From Nemertoderma westbladi (Eukaryota; Animalia; Xenacoelomorpha): a DNA stretch of 64,000 nucleotides. Where the stretch lies: assembly GCA_032718475.1 (NCBI GenBank), contig JAUCBJ010001860.1:1-64000 (forward strand). Direction: 5' to 3'. Of the stretch, positions 1-12,272 are shown one piece after another; positions within the stretch are counted from its first letter, which is position 1, and every line of letters begins with the position of its first letter. Below the pieces are notes generated by a model that saw only the letters and a program-made list of their open reading frames with translations, made no database searches and was not told where the DNA came from. A program made the position numbers and the translations under genes.

Positions 1-3000
1 ATAACCTAAATATATCCCAAATACCTAGTAAGATACACAATAACCTAAATATATCCCAAATACCTAGTAAGATACACAATAACCTAAATATATCCCAAAT
101 ACCTAGTAAGATACACAATAACCTAAATATATCCCAAATACCTAGTAAGATACACAATAACCTAAATATATCCCAAATACCTAGTAAGATACACAATAAC
201 CTAAATATATCCCAAATACCTAGTAAGATACACAATAACCTAAATATATCCCAAATACCTAGTAAGATACACAATAACCTAAATATATCCCAAATACCTA
301 GTAAGATACACAATAACCTAAATATATCCCAAATACATAGTAAGATACACAATAACCTAAATATATCCCAAATACCTAGTAAGATACACAATAACCTAAA
401 TATATCCCAAATACCTAGTAAGATACACAATAACCTAAATATATCCCAAATACCTAGTAAGATACACAATAACCTAAATATATCCCAAATACCTAGTAAG
501 ATACACAATAACCTAAATATATCCCAAATACCTAGTAAGATACACAATAACCTAAATATATCCCAAATACCTAGTAAGATACACAATAACCTAAATATAT
601 CCCAAATACCTAGTAAGATACACAATAACCTAAATATATCCCAAATACCTAGTAAGATACACAATAACCTAAATATATCCCAAATACCTAGTAAGATACA
701 CAATAACCTAAATATATCCCAAATACCTAGTAAGATACACAATAACCTAAATATATCCCAAATACCTAGTAAGATACACAATAACCTAAATATATCCCAA
801 ATACCTAGTAAGATACACAATAACCTAAATATATCCCAAATACCTAGTAAGATACACAATAACCTAAATATATCCCAAATACCTAGTAAGATACACAATA
901 ACCTAAATATATCCCAAATACCTAGTAAGATACACAATAACCTAAATATATCCCAAATACCTAGTAAGATACACAATAACCTAAATATATCCCAAATACC
1001 TAGTAAGATACACAATAACCTAAATATATCCCAAATACCTAGTAAGATACACAATAACCTAAATATATCCCAAATACCTAGTAAGATACACAATAACCTA
1101 AATATATCCCAAATACCTAGTAAGATACACAATAACCTAAATATATCCCAAATACCTAGTAAGATACACAATAACCTAAATATATCCCAAATACCTAGTA
1201 AGATACACAATAACCTAAATATATCCCAAATACCTAGTAAGATACACAATAACCTAAATATATCCCAAATACCTAGTAAGATACACAATAACCTAAATAT
1301 ATCCCAAATACCTAGTAAGATACACAATAACCTAAATATATCCCAAATACCTAGTAAGATACACAATAACCTAAATATATCCCAAATACCTAGTAAGATA
1401 CACAATAACCTAAATATATCCCAAATACCTAGTAAGATACACAATAACCTAAATATATCCCAAATACCTAGTAAGATACACAATAACCTAAATATATCCC
1501 AAATACCTAGTAAGATACACAATAACCTAAATATATCCCAAATACCTAGTAAGATACACAATAACCTAAATATATCCCAAATACCTAGTAAGATACACAA
1601 TAACCTAAATATATCCCAAATACCTAGTAAGATACACAATAACCTAAATATATCCCAAATACCTAGTAAGATACACAATAACCTAAATATATCCCAAATA
1701 CCTAGTAAGATACACAATAACCTAAATATATCCCAAATACCTAGTAAGATACACAATAACCTAAATATATCCCAAATACCTAGTAAGATACACAATAACC
1801 TAAATATATCCCAAATACCTAGTAAGATACACAATAACCTAAATATATCCCAAATACCTAGTAAGATACACAATAACCTAAATATATCCCAAATACCTAG
1901 TAAGATACACAATAACCTAAATATATCCCAAATACCTAGTAAGATACACAATAACCTAAATATATCCCAAATACCTAGTAAGATACACAATAACCTAAAT
2001 ATATCCCAAATACCTAGTAAGATACACAATAACCTAAATATATCCCAAATACCTAGTAAGATACACAATAACCTAAATATATCCCAAATACCTAGTAAGA
2101 TACACAATAACCTAAATATATCCCAAATACCTAGTAAGATACACAATAACCTAAATATATCCCAAATACCTAGTAAGATACACAATAACCTAAATATATC
2201 CCAAATACCTAGTAAGATACACAATAACCTAAATATATCCCAAATACCTAGTAAGATACACAATAACCTAAATATATCCCAAATACCTAGTAAGATACAC
2301 AATAACCTAAATATATCCCAAATACCTAGTAAGATACACAATAACCTAAATATATCCCAAATACCTAGTAAGATACACAATAACCTAAATATATCCCAAA
2401 TACCTAGTAAGATACACAATAACCTAAATATATCCCAAATACCTAGTAAGATACACAATAACCTAAATATATCCCAAATACCTAGTAAGATACACAATAA
2501 CCTAAATATATCCCAAATACCTAGTAAGATACACAATAACCTAAATATATCCCAAATACCTAGTAAGATACACAATAACCTAAATATATCCCAAATACCT
2601 AGTAAGATACACAATAACCTAAATATATCCCAAATACCTAGTAAGATACACAATAACCTAAATATATCCCAAATACCTAGTAAGATACACAATAACCTAA
2701 ATATATCCCAAATACCTAGTAAGATACACAATAACCTAAATATATCCCAAATACCTAGTAAGATACACAATAACCTAAATATATCCCAAATACCTAGTAA
2801 GATACACAATAACCTAAATATATCCCAAATACCTAGTAAGATACACAATAACCTAAATATATCCCAAATACCTAGTAAGATACACAATAACCTAAATATA
2901 TCCCAAATACCTAGTAAGATACACAATAACCTAAATATATCCCAAATACCTAGTAAGATACACAATAACCTAAATATATCCCAAATACCTAGTAAGATAC

Positions 3001-6000
3001 ACAATAACCTAAATATATCCCAAATACCTAGTAAGATACACAATAACCTAAATATATCCCAAATACCTAGTAAGATACACAATAACCTAAATATATCCCA
3101 AATACCTAGTAAGATACACAATAACCTAAATATATCCCAAATACCTAGTAAGATACACAATAACCTAAATATATCCCAAATACCTAGTAAGATACACAAT
3201 AACCTAAATATATCCCAAATACCTAGTAAGATACACAATAACCTAAATATATCCCAAATACCTAGTAAGATACACAATAACCTAAATATATCCCAAATAC
3301 CTAGTAAGATACACAATAACCTAAATATATCCCAAATACCTAGTAAGATACACAATAACCTAAATATATCCCAAATACCTAGTAAGATACACAATAACCT
3401 AAATATATCCCAAATACCTAGTAAGATACACAATAACCTAAATATATCCCAAATACCTAGTAAGATACACAATAACCTAAATATATCCCAAATACCTAGT
3501 AAGATACACAATAACCTAAATATATCCCAAATACCTAGTAAGATACACAATAACCTAAATATATCCCAAATACCTAGTAAGATACACAATAACCTAAATA
3601 TATCCCAAATACCTAGTAAGATACACAATAACCTAAATATATCCCAAATACCTAGTAAGATACACAATAACCTAAATATATCCCAAATACCTAGTAAGAT
3701 ACACAATAACCTAAATATATCCCAAATACCTAGTAAGATACACAATAACCTAAATATATCCCAAATACCTAGTAAGATACACAATAACCTAAATATATCC
3801 CAAATACCTAGTAAGATACACAATAACCTAAATATATCCCAAATACCTAGTAAGATACACAATAACCTAAATATATCCCAAATACCTAGTAAGATACACA
3901 ATAACCTAAATATATCCCAAATACCTAGTAAGATACACAATAACCTAAATATATCCCAAATACCTAGTAAGATACACAATAACCTAAATATATCCCAAAT
4001 ACCTAGTAAGATACACAATAACCTAAATATATCCCAAATACCTAGTAAGATACACAATAACCTAAATATATCCCAAATACCTAGTAAGATACACAATAAC
4101 CTAAATATATCCCAAATACCTAGTAAGATACACAATAACCTAAATATATCCCAAATACCTAGTAAGATACACAATAACCTAAATATATCCCAAATACCTA
4201 GTAAGATACACAATAACCTAAATATATCCCAAATACCTAGTAAGATACACAATAACCTAAATATATCCCAAATACCTAGTAAGATACACAATAACCTAAA
4301 TATATCCCAAATACCTAGTAAGATACACAATAACCTAAATATATCCCAAATACCTAGTAAGATACACAATAACCTAAATATATCCCAAATACCTAGTAAG
4401 ATACACAATAACCTAAATATATCCCAAATACCTAGTAAGATACACAATAACCTAAATATATCCCAAATACCTAGTAAGATACACAATAACCTAAATATAT
4501 CCCAAATACCTAGTAAGATACACAATAACCTAAATATATCCCAAATACCTAGTAAGATACACAATAACCTAAATATATCCCAAATACCTAGTAAGATACA
4601 CAATAACCTAAATATATCCCAAATACCTAGTAAGATACACAATAACCTAAATATATCCCAAATACCTAGTAAGATACACAATAACCTAAATATATCCCAA
4701 ATACCTAGTAAGATACACAATAACCTAAATATATCCCAAATACCTAGTAAGATACACAATAACCTAAATATATCCCAAATACCTAGTAAGATACACAATA
4801 ACCTAAATATATCCCAAATACCTAGTAAGATACACAATAACCTAAATATATCCCAAATACCTAGTAAGATACACAATAACCTAAATATATCCCAAATACC
4901 TAGTAAGATACACAATAACCTAAATATATCCCAAATACCTAGTAAGATACACAATAACCTAAATATATCCCAAATACCTAGTAAGATACACAATAACCTA
5001 AATATATCCCAAATACCTAGTAAGATACACAATAACCTAAATATATCCCAAATACCTAGTAAGATACACAATAACCTAAATATATCCCAAATACCTAGTA
5101 AGATACACAATAACCTAAATATATCCCAAATACCTAGTAAGATACACAATAACCTAAATATATCCCAAATACCTAGTAAGATACACAATAACCTAAATAT
5201 ATCCCAAATACCTAGTAAGATACACAATAACCTAAATATATCCCAAATACCTAGTAAGATACACAATAACCTAAATATATCCCAAATACCTAGTAAGATA
5301 CACAATAACCTAAATATATCCCAAATACCTAGTAAGATACACAATAACCTAAATATATCCCAAATACCTAGTAAGATACACAATAACCTAAATATATCCC
5401 AAATACCTAGTAAGATACACAATAACCTAAATATATCCCAAATACCTAGTAAGATACACAATAACCTAAATATATCCCAAATACCTAGTAAGATACACAA
5501 TAACCTAAATATATCCCAAATACCTAGTAAGATACACAATAACCTAAATATATCCCAAATACCTAGTAAGATACACAATAACCTAAATATATCCCAAATA
5601 CCTAGTAAGATACACAATAACCTAAATATATCCCAAATACCTAGTAAGATACACAATAACCTAAATATATCCCAAATACCTAGTAAGATACACAATAACC
5701 TAAATATATCCCAAATACCTAGTAAGATACACAATAACCTAAATATATCCCAAATACCTAGTAAGATACACAATAACCTAAATATATCCCAAATACCTAG
5801 TAAGATACACAATAACCTAAATATATCCCAAATACCTAGTAAGATACACAATAACCTAAATATATCCCAAATACCTAGTAAGATACACAATAACCTAAAT
5901 ATATCCCAAATACCTAGTAAGATACACAATAACCTAAATATATCCCAAATACCTAGTAAGATACACAATAACCTAAATATATCCCAAATACCTAGTAAGA

Positions 6001-8492
6001 TACACAATAACCTAAATATATCCCAAATACCTAGTAAGATACACAATAACCTAAATATATCCCAAATACCTAGTAAGATACACAATAACCTAAATATATC
6101 CCAAATACCTAGTAAGATACACAATAACCTAAATATATCCCAAATACCTAGTAAGATACACAATAACCTAAATATATCCCAAATACCTAGTAAGATACAC
6201 AATAACCTAAATATATCCCAAATACCTAGTAAGATACACAATAACCTAAATATATCCCAAATACCTAGTAAGATACACAATAACCTAAATATATCCCAAA
6301 TACCTAGTAAGATACACAATAACCTAAATATATCCCAAATACCTAGTAAGATACACAATAACCTAAATATATCCCAAATACCTAGTAAGATACACAATAA
6401 CCTAAATATATCCCAAATACCTAGTAAGATACACAATAACCTAAATATATCCCAAATACCTAGTAAGATACACAATAACCTAAATATATCCCAAATACCT
6501 AGTAAGATACACAATAACCTAAATATATCCCAAATACCTAGTAAGATACACAATAACCTAAATATATCCCAAATACCTAGTAAGATACACAATAACCTAA
6601 ATATATCCCAAATACCTAGTAAGATACACAATAACCTAAATATATCCCAAATACCTAGTAAGATACACAATAACCTAAATATATCCCAAATACCTAGTAA
6701 GATACACAATAACCTAAATATATCCCAAATACCTAGTAAGATACACAATAACCTAAATATATCCCAAATACCTAGTAAGATACACAATAACCTAAATATA
6801 TCCCAAATACCTAGTAAGATACACAATAACCTAAATATATCCCAAATACCTAGTAAGATACACAATAACCTAAATATATCCCAAATACCTAGTAAGATAC
6901 ACAATAACCTAAATATATCCCAAATACCTAGTAAGATACACAATAACCTAAATATATCCCAAATACCTAGTAAGATACACAATAACCTAAATATATCCCA
7001 AATACATAGTAAGATACACAATAACCTAAATATATCCCAAATACCTAGTAAGATACACAATAACCTAAATATATCCCAAATACCTAGTAAGATACACAAT
7101 AACCTAAATATATCCCAAATACCTAGTAAGATACACAATAACCTAAATATATCCCAAATACCTAGTAAGATACACAATAACCTAAATATATCCCTAATAC
7201 CTAGTAAAATACACAATAACCTAAATATATCCCAAATACCTAGTAAGATACACAATAACCTAAATATATCCCAAATACATAGTGAGATACACAATAACCT
7301 AAATATATCCCAAATACCTAGTAAGATACACAATAACCTAAATATATCCCAAATACCTAGTAAGATACACAATAACCTAAATATATCCCAAATACATAGT
7401 AAGATACACAATAACCTAAATATATCCCAAATACCTAGTAAGATACACAATAACCTAAATATATCCCAAATACCTAGTAAGATACACAATAACCTAAATA
7501 TATCCCAAATACCTAGTAAGATACACAATAACCTAAATATATCCCAAATACCTAGTAAGATACACAATAACCTAAATATATCCCTAATACCTAGTAAGAT
7601 ACACAATAACCTAAATATATCCCAAATACCTAGTAAGATACACAATAACCTAAATATATCCCAAATACCTAGTAAGATACACAATAACCTAAATATATCC
7701 CAAATACCTAGTAAGATACACAATAACCTAAATATATCCCAAATACCTAGTGAGATACACAATAACCTAAATATATCCCTAATACCTAGTAAGATACACA
7801 ATAACCTAAATTATCCCAAATACATAGTGAGATACACAATAACCTAAATATATCCCAAATACCTAGTAAGATACACAATAACCTAAATATATCCCAAATA
7901 CCTAGTAAGATACACAATAACCTAAATATATCCCAAATACCTAGTAAGATACACAATAACCTAAATATATCCAAAATACCTAGTAAAATACACAATAACC
8001 TAAATATATCCCAAATACCTAGTAAAATACACAATAACCTAAATATATCCCAAATACCTAGTAAAATACACAATAACCTAAATATATCCCAAATACCTAG
8101 TAAAATACACAATAACCTAAATATATCCCAAATACCTAGTAAGATACACAATAACCTAAATATATCCCAAATACCTAGTAAGATACACAATAACCTAAAT
8201 TATCCCAAATACCTAGTAAGATACACAATAACCTAAATATATCCCAAATACCTAGTAAGATACACAATAACCTAAATATATCCCAAATACCTAGTAAGAT
8301 ACACAATAACCTAAATTATCCCAAATACCTAGTAAGATACACAATAACCTAAATATATCCCAAATACCTAGTAAGATACACAATAACCTAAATTATCCCA
8401 AATACCTAGTAAGATACACAATAACCTAAATATATCCCAAATACCTAGTAAGATACACAATAACCTAAATATATCCCAAATACCTAGTAAGA
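1..8492. repeat. 39-bp satellite array, left part (~218 copies; continues beyond window start)
   Basis: Unit ATAACCTAAATATATCCCAAATACCTAGTAAGATACACA repeated head-to-tail. It is almost invariant to ~7000 and gains variants close to the retroelement. Confidence 0.99.
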
Positions 8493-8719
8493 TTTTTTTT
8501 TTTTTTGGTGCTTGGGTGAGATGATAGTATAATAACATAGTTGATACAATGGATTTCAAATTGCACTATTACACCCTATCACCAAATCTGATTTATACAA
8601 TGAGGTACAGTGATACGGATGTAAGGGGGAAATTCAAAACAGTTGGTTGTTTATGTTGTAGGCCTACTGCAGTACTGGTCAGCTATTGTAGGCCTGTACG
8701 ACTGCGCTGTACTACCAGG

Positions 8720-11700
8720 CTACGGCTCAGTGTCGGCGTTGTCCAACCGAATGGATGCATCAGACACTGGACAATGAACCGGCCGTTTAGAGGCTGACCT
8801 ACAACCTCGAAGGCAGAGCAGGGAGGAACGAAGCAACGCGAAGTTTAACTTGCGCCGGATCCACGTGACGCATTCCGAGTACCTGACCTCGCGTTTGTCC
8901 GCGAGCTTCTGTCCCAGGCGCTTAACAAACTGGCGCGTGGTCGGCGCCATCCCGCCAAAGGCCGAGAATATGAGGGGGACGAAAGTAGAATGTTCCACCT
9001 CCCGTATCCTCTCCTCGTACTTAAGAATCTTACGATTCTCGTGGTGGAGGTGCGCTGCGTCTAGGGACATAGCCGCGTTCGTCGCCGCCAGCGGGTTAAA
9101 CACGGACACGTCGATGAACGACCGCTGGAATCGGTTTCCCCAGAAGCCGCTCACAGACACATCCAGCCTCGCCTGCTGGTCCGTCGAGGTGGTACGATGG
9201 GTGAAAGTTTCACCGGATAACGGCTGGAGCATCGGCTCAACAGCAACGCTGTAGGCGACCTCAGTGAGCGAGTTGGCGACGAAATCACGTATCTCATTGT
9301 GCCTGATGGAGGGGAAACCTCCAGTTGGGCACGACAGGACGTGGGTTGCAGAAAATCGCGCCCCACAGGCACAACGAGATGGTAGATTCTTCGGACACCA
9401 ACCGTAGCGGAGACACACCGCATCCCGGAACTCTTCTTTACTCAGGTGAGTAACTTGTAGGGTTAGTGGCTTGGAGTTTAACCAAGCTGACGCACCTTTT
9501 TCTGTTGTGAGTTCACACAGTTTGCGTTGGTCTGTGGGTAACTGGGCGTAAACTTGTTCCCTTTTAGTACGAGACGATGTTATGGACTCCGCCTTCACCT
9601 CGATCACGATCCGTCTCTGTTCAGTCCGCACCGCTGCCATCGACTCCGCATCTGCGAACGGTTCACAGACTCGGCGCGAGTGGTCATACTGCGTCTCCAA
9701 GTCGGAAGGAACCGGGATACCCAATCCGCCATCCCGAGTTGGGAGGGAGACTAGTTGGCGTTCAACCGCCGATAGCGACGGCCTGTCGAGCAGTTTGGCG
9801 ATGAACCGCTGCAACGTCTCCTCCAGCTTCCCGAAGTGCTCCGTTGCGTTGGGGATGACGCGGGTTAGGAACCTCCACCTGCAGGAGAGCCCGAACGCCA
9901 AACCGGCGTACGCGCAGTGGGGGTCCACCGCGGCAATCTCGGCGAGTCGATCGACTTCCTCCGCGAACTCATCGACTTTCTCCTCGACGTAGCTGGAACA
10001 AAATTCCTCGGTACCGATAACGCCGCCGAGTAGCTTGTTGCCCGTCGTATCAATTGTGACAATGGTGTTCGCAAACAACGCTTCCGCCTCCACTAACTTA
10101 TCCGGCTTTACAGTCAGGACACACTTCGACGGGTAGTACCCGTACAATGGTCCCCTTGAACACGCGATATCAAAGAACTTCCTGAGTTCTCCCAGTCGGC
10201 CCCCCGCGTTCCCATCGTCCGCATACCACTTCTGTTCCACGTCGCACCCGCGGTCCAGTTCGTCAAGGAGCGGCGTTATACCGCAGCCAAACATCGGCAT
10301 CGCCACCGGGTCTCCTTGGGTGGAACCCTCCTCCGAGTAGAGGGTTTCCCCGCCGACGAATAGCCGCGCTGGTTCGCTGTAACAATTAGTTACTATCGTG
10401 TGCAGCGCCGGACAGACTAAACCGATGTTATGCAATGCTGCGCTGCGGTTTAACACATTAAATGCGTTGGTAGCGTCGATCTGTAATATGCCGTCGCAGT
10501 CCTCAGAGGCAAAGGAATCGTTTAAACTGTGTATCGCGTGTTCGATTCCCGCTTTCTGTCCAAGACACATCTGGACAGATCCGCCGACGGCCTGTAAATC
10601 TGGACTGATACACAGCACCGTCGCCTTTCCGATTACCCGCCGGAGCACCTCGCCTATCCCGATTGGGCGGACCCCCGGGTTCTTGTCGAGGGCCAACAGA
10701 CGAGACGAGAGCAACGCAGACAGCGACCCGGGGGGGACAACAACCTGGGCTAGACGCTTTGCCAGGTCAGCGATTCTCTCGCACAGCTCAGCCGACGGAT
10801 TGCGAAACCTTGTCAGAAGGTGTTTCCACCCCTGAACGTCCAGGCCAGATGGGCCCGCCGCGTTTCCCTTCATCCGAAGTAAACATGACTGGATGCATGG
10901 ACCATCCAGTCGTTCGAACACAACGTTGTGGAACTCCGGCGCGCGATCAAACTCTGTCAGTAAAACTGACTCATCCGCGGGTTTCGCAGCGGGGTGTTTC
11001 TCACGCAGGACATCGCGGACTACCTTGGTTACCCCGTCCTTGTCGGTAAACGTATCGTCCAGGCGGAGCGGTTTGCCTCTAGTCAGGTCGCGGAGACATC
11101 GCGTCGCCGCAGACACATTCCCTGTCAACATATGTCTGACGAACGTTTTCTGGCGCATAACCTCCTGTGACTCGAATTGTCTTAACTTGGGAAGATGCGA
11201 CTGAATCGCCCGGGCCTCAATAAGTAGCTCATTGAAATTACCCGCTTTCCAAGATTCTAGTCTACGTTCTAGAATTCGTCTGTGTATCGCCGTCGTTGAT
11301 GAACGTCCAGGCTTCTGAAGCAACAGCGCCGGCATCAACAACAATGCGGTAAGAGAAACTTCCTGCAGCACGTTGTTGGTGGTGGCTAGAATCAAGATTC
11401 GACACATTTCCGCAACGAAAGCCCGCCCCCCAGCCCCCTGAGGCACTAGGAATAGGTTGGGCCGCCAGTGAACTATAACACCATAAGCATCCGCGATAGA
11501 CTTCTCGATATGCTGTTTGGGTAATTTAACATGTGCCCAGGTAACCTCTGTTGAACCGGTGACACAAGAAGGCCCTGCTAGCGGCGCTGGCCCCACTGAT
11601 GAACCAGTTGGGGGAACCAAGGGGCTAATCCCAGACGCCGGGGGAGCCAAGAGGCCTACAACGGGCGCTGGGGGAACCAGGGGGCCGACAACGGGCGCTG

Positions 11701-12220
11701 AGGGAACCAGGAGGTCGACAACGGACGCTGGGGGAACCAGGGGGCCGACAACGGGCGCTGGGGGAACCAGGGGGCCAACAACGGACGCCGGGGGAACCAG
11801 GGGGCCGACAACGGACGCTGGAGGAACCTGGGGGCCGACAACGGACGCTGGGTCAACCAGGGGGTCGACAACGCTGGCTTGATTTGGTTTGAATGGAGTT
11901 ATCGCCTTATTTGAGGTAGACTCAGTTAAGGTTGTGTCGAAGTCCACCAAGGTGTCGTGCCAATCCGTGTCATCGTCGTCCCCTTCGTCGCCCGAGTCTG
12001 GGGTTCCGCTATCAACTGGCTGTGAGAGAGAGCCCTCAGATGCTACAGGGATAGCGCCGTAGGTGGAAGGTAGCGGCTGCGAGGAAGACGTTTGACCACC
12101 GTTCGCGCAGTTTCCGTTCCTCCCGGGAGCACAACTCGAACATTGCCGACCCTCTACGGCACAGACGCATCTCTGGCAGCGGCGCCCCGACTTGGAGTTG
12201 CTACAGCCGCAACAAACCAT
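8720..12220 (-). CDS. Retrotransposon polyprotein: Cys-rich N-terminus, Pro/Val linker, reverse transcriptase, CCHC finger, restriction-like endonuclease
   Basis: Uninterrupted ORF with first ATG at 12220. RT motifs: RPIGIGE, DATNAFN, QGDP, WYADD. Also CACG...H...C, RHNEIRD, and an RLDV...FIDV...K endonuclease motif. Confidence 0.93.
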   Translation of the reverse strand: MVCCGCSNSKSGRRCQRCVCAVEGRQCSSCAPGRNGNCANGGQTSSSQPLPSTYGAIPVASEGSLSQPVDSGTPDSGDEGDDDDTDWHDTLVDFDTTLTESTSNKAITPFKPNQASVVDPLVDPASVVGPQVPPASVVGPLVPPASVVGPLVPPAPVVGPLVPPASVVDLLVPSAPVVGPLVPPAPVVGLLAPPASGISPLVPPTGSSVGPAPLAGPSCVTGSTEVTWAHVKLPKQHIEKSIADAYGVIVHWRPNLFLVPQGAGGRAFVAEMCRILILATTNNVLQEVSLTALLLMPALLLQKPGRSSTTAIHRRILERRLESWKAGNFNELLIEARAIQSHLPKLRQFESQEVMRQKTFVRHMLTGNVSAATRCLRDLTRGKPLRLDDTFTDKDGVTKVVRDVLREKHPAAKPADESVLLTEFDRAPEFHNVVFERLDGPCIQSCLLRMKGNAAGPSGLDVQGWKHLLTRFRNPSAELCERIADLAKRLAQVVVPPGSLSALLSSRLLALDKNPGVRPIGIGEVLRRVIGKATVLCISPDLQAVGGSVQMCLGQKAGIEHAIHSLNDSFASEDCDGILQIDATNAFNVLNRSAALHNIGLVCPALHTIVTNCYSEPARLFVGGETLYSEEGSTQGDPVAMPMFGCGITPLLDELDRGCDVEQKWYADDGNAGGRLGELRKFFDIACSRGPLYGYYPSKCVLTVKPDKLVEAEALFANTIVTIDTTGNKLLGGVIGTEEFCSSYVEEKVDEFAEEVDRLAEIAAVDPHCAYAGLAFGLSCRWRFLTRVIPNATEHFGKLEETLQRFIAKLLDRPSLSAVERQLVSLPTRDGGLGIPVPSDLETQYDHSRRVCEPFADAESMAAVRTEQRRIVIEVKAESITSSRTKREQVYAQLPTDQRKLCELTTEKGASAWLNSKPLTLQVTHLSKEEFRDAVCLRYGWCPKNLPSRCACGARFSATHVLSCPTGGFPSIRHNEIRDFVANSLTEVAYSVAVEPMLQPLSGETFTHRTTSTDQQARLDVSVSGFWGNRFQRSFIDVSVFNPLAATNAAMSLDAAHLHHENRKILKYEERIREVEHSTFVPLIFSAFGGMAPTTRQFVKRLGQKLADKREVRYSECVTWIRRKLNFALLRSSLLCLRGCRSASKRPVHCPVSDASIRLDNADTEP
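11610..11875 (-). repeat. 30-bp coding minisatellite (PPASVVGPLV) in the retroelement linker
   Basis: About 8-9 copies of GGGGAACCAGGGGGCCGACAACGGACGCTG-like units. Confidence 0.9.
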
Positions 12221-12272
12221 TCCAAAAAACCCCACGTGAATCCCCAAACGAACCCGAAACTAAGCAAAAATC

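Larger units (their letters stand above)
8493..12272 (-). mobile_element. CRE-like non-LTR retrotransposon (RLE type), apparently full length, inserted in the satellite
   Basis: T14 at 8493-8506 is the poly(A) tail on the minus strand. TACCTAGTAAGA(T) is duplicated at 8481-8492 and 12273-12284. It holds a single long ORF and is GC-rich relative to the flanks. Confidence 0.93.

Noticed and set aside
8850-11882. Plus-strand ORFs overlapping retroelement 1 (likewise antisense ORFs in element 2, the LINEs and Pao)
   Set aside because: Shadow ORFs of GC-rich coding sequence.
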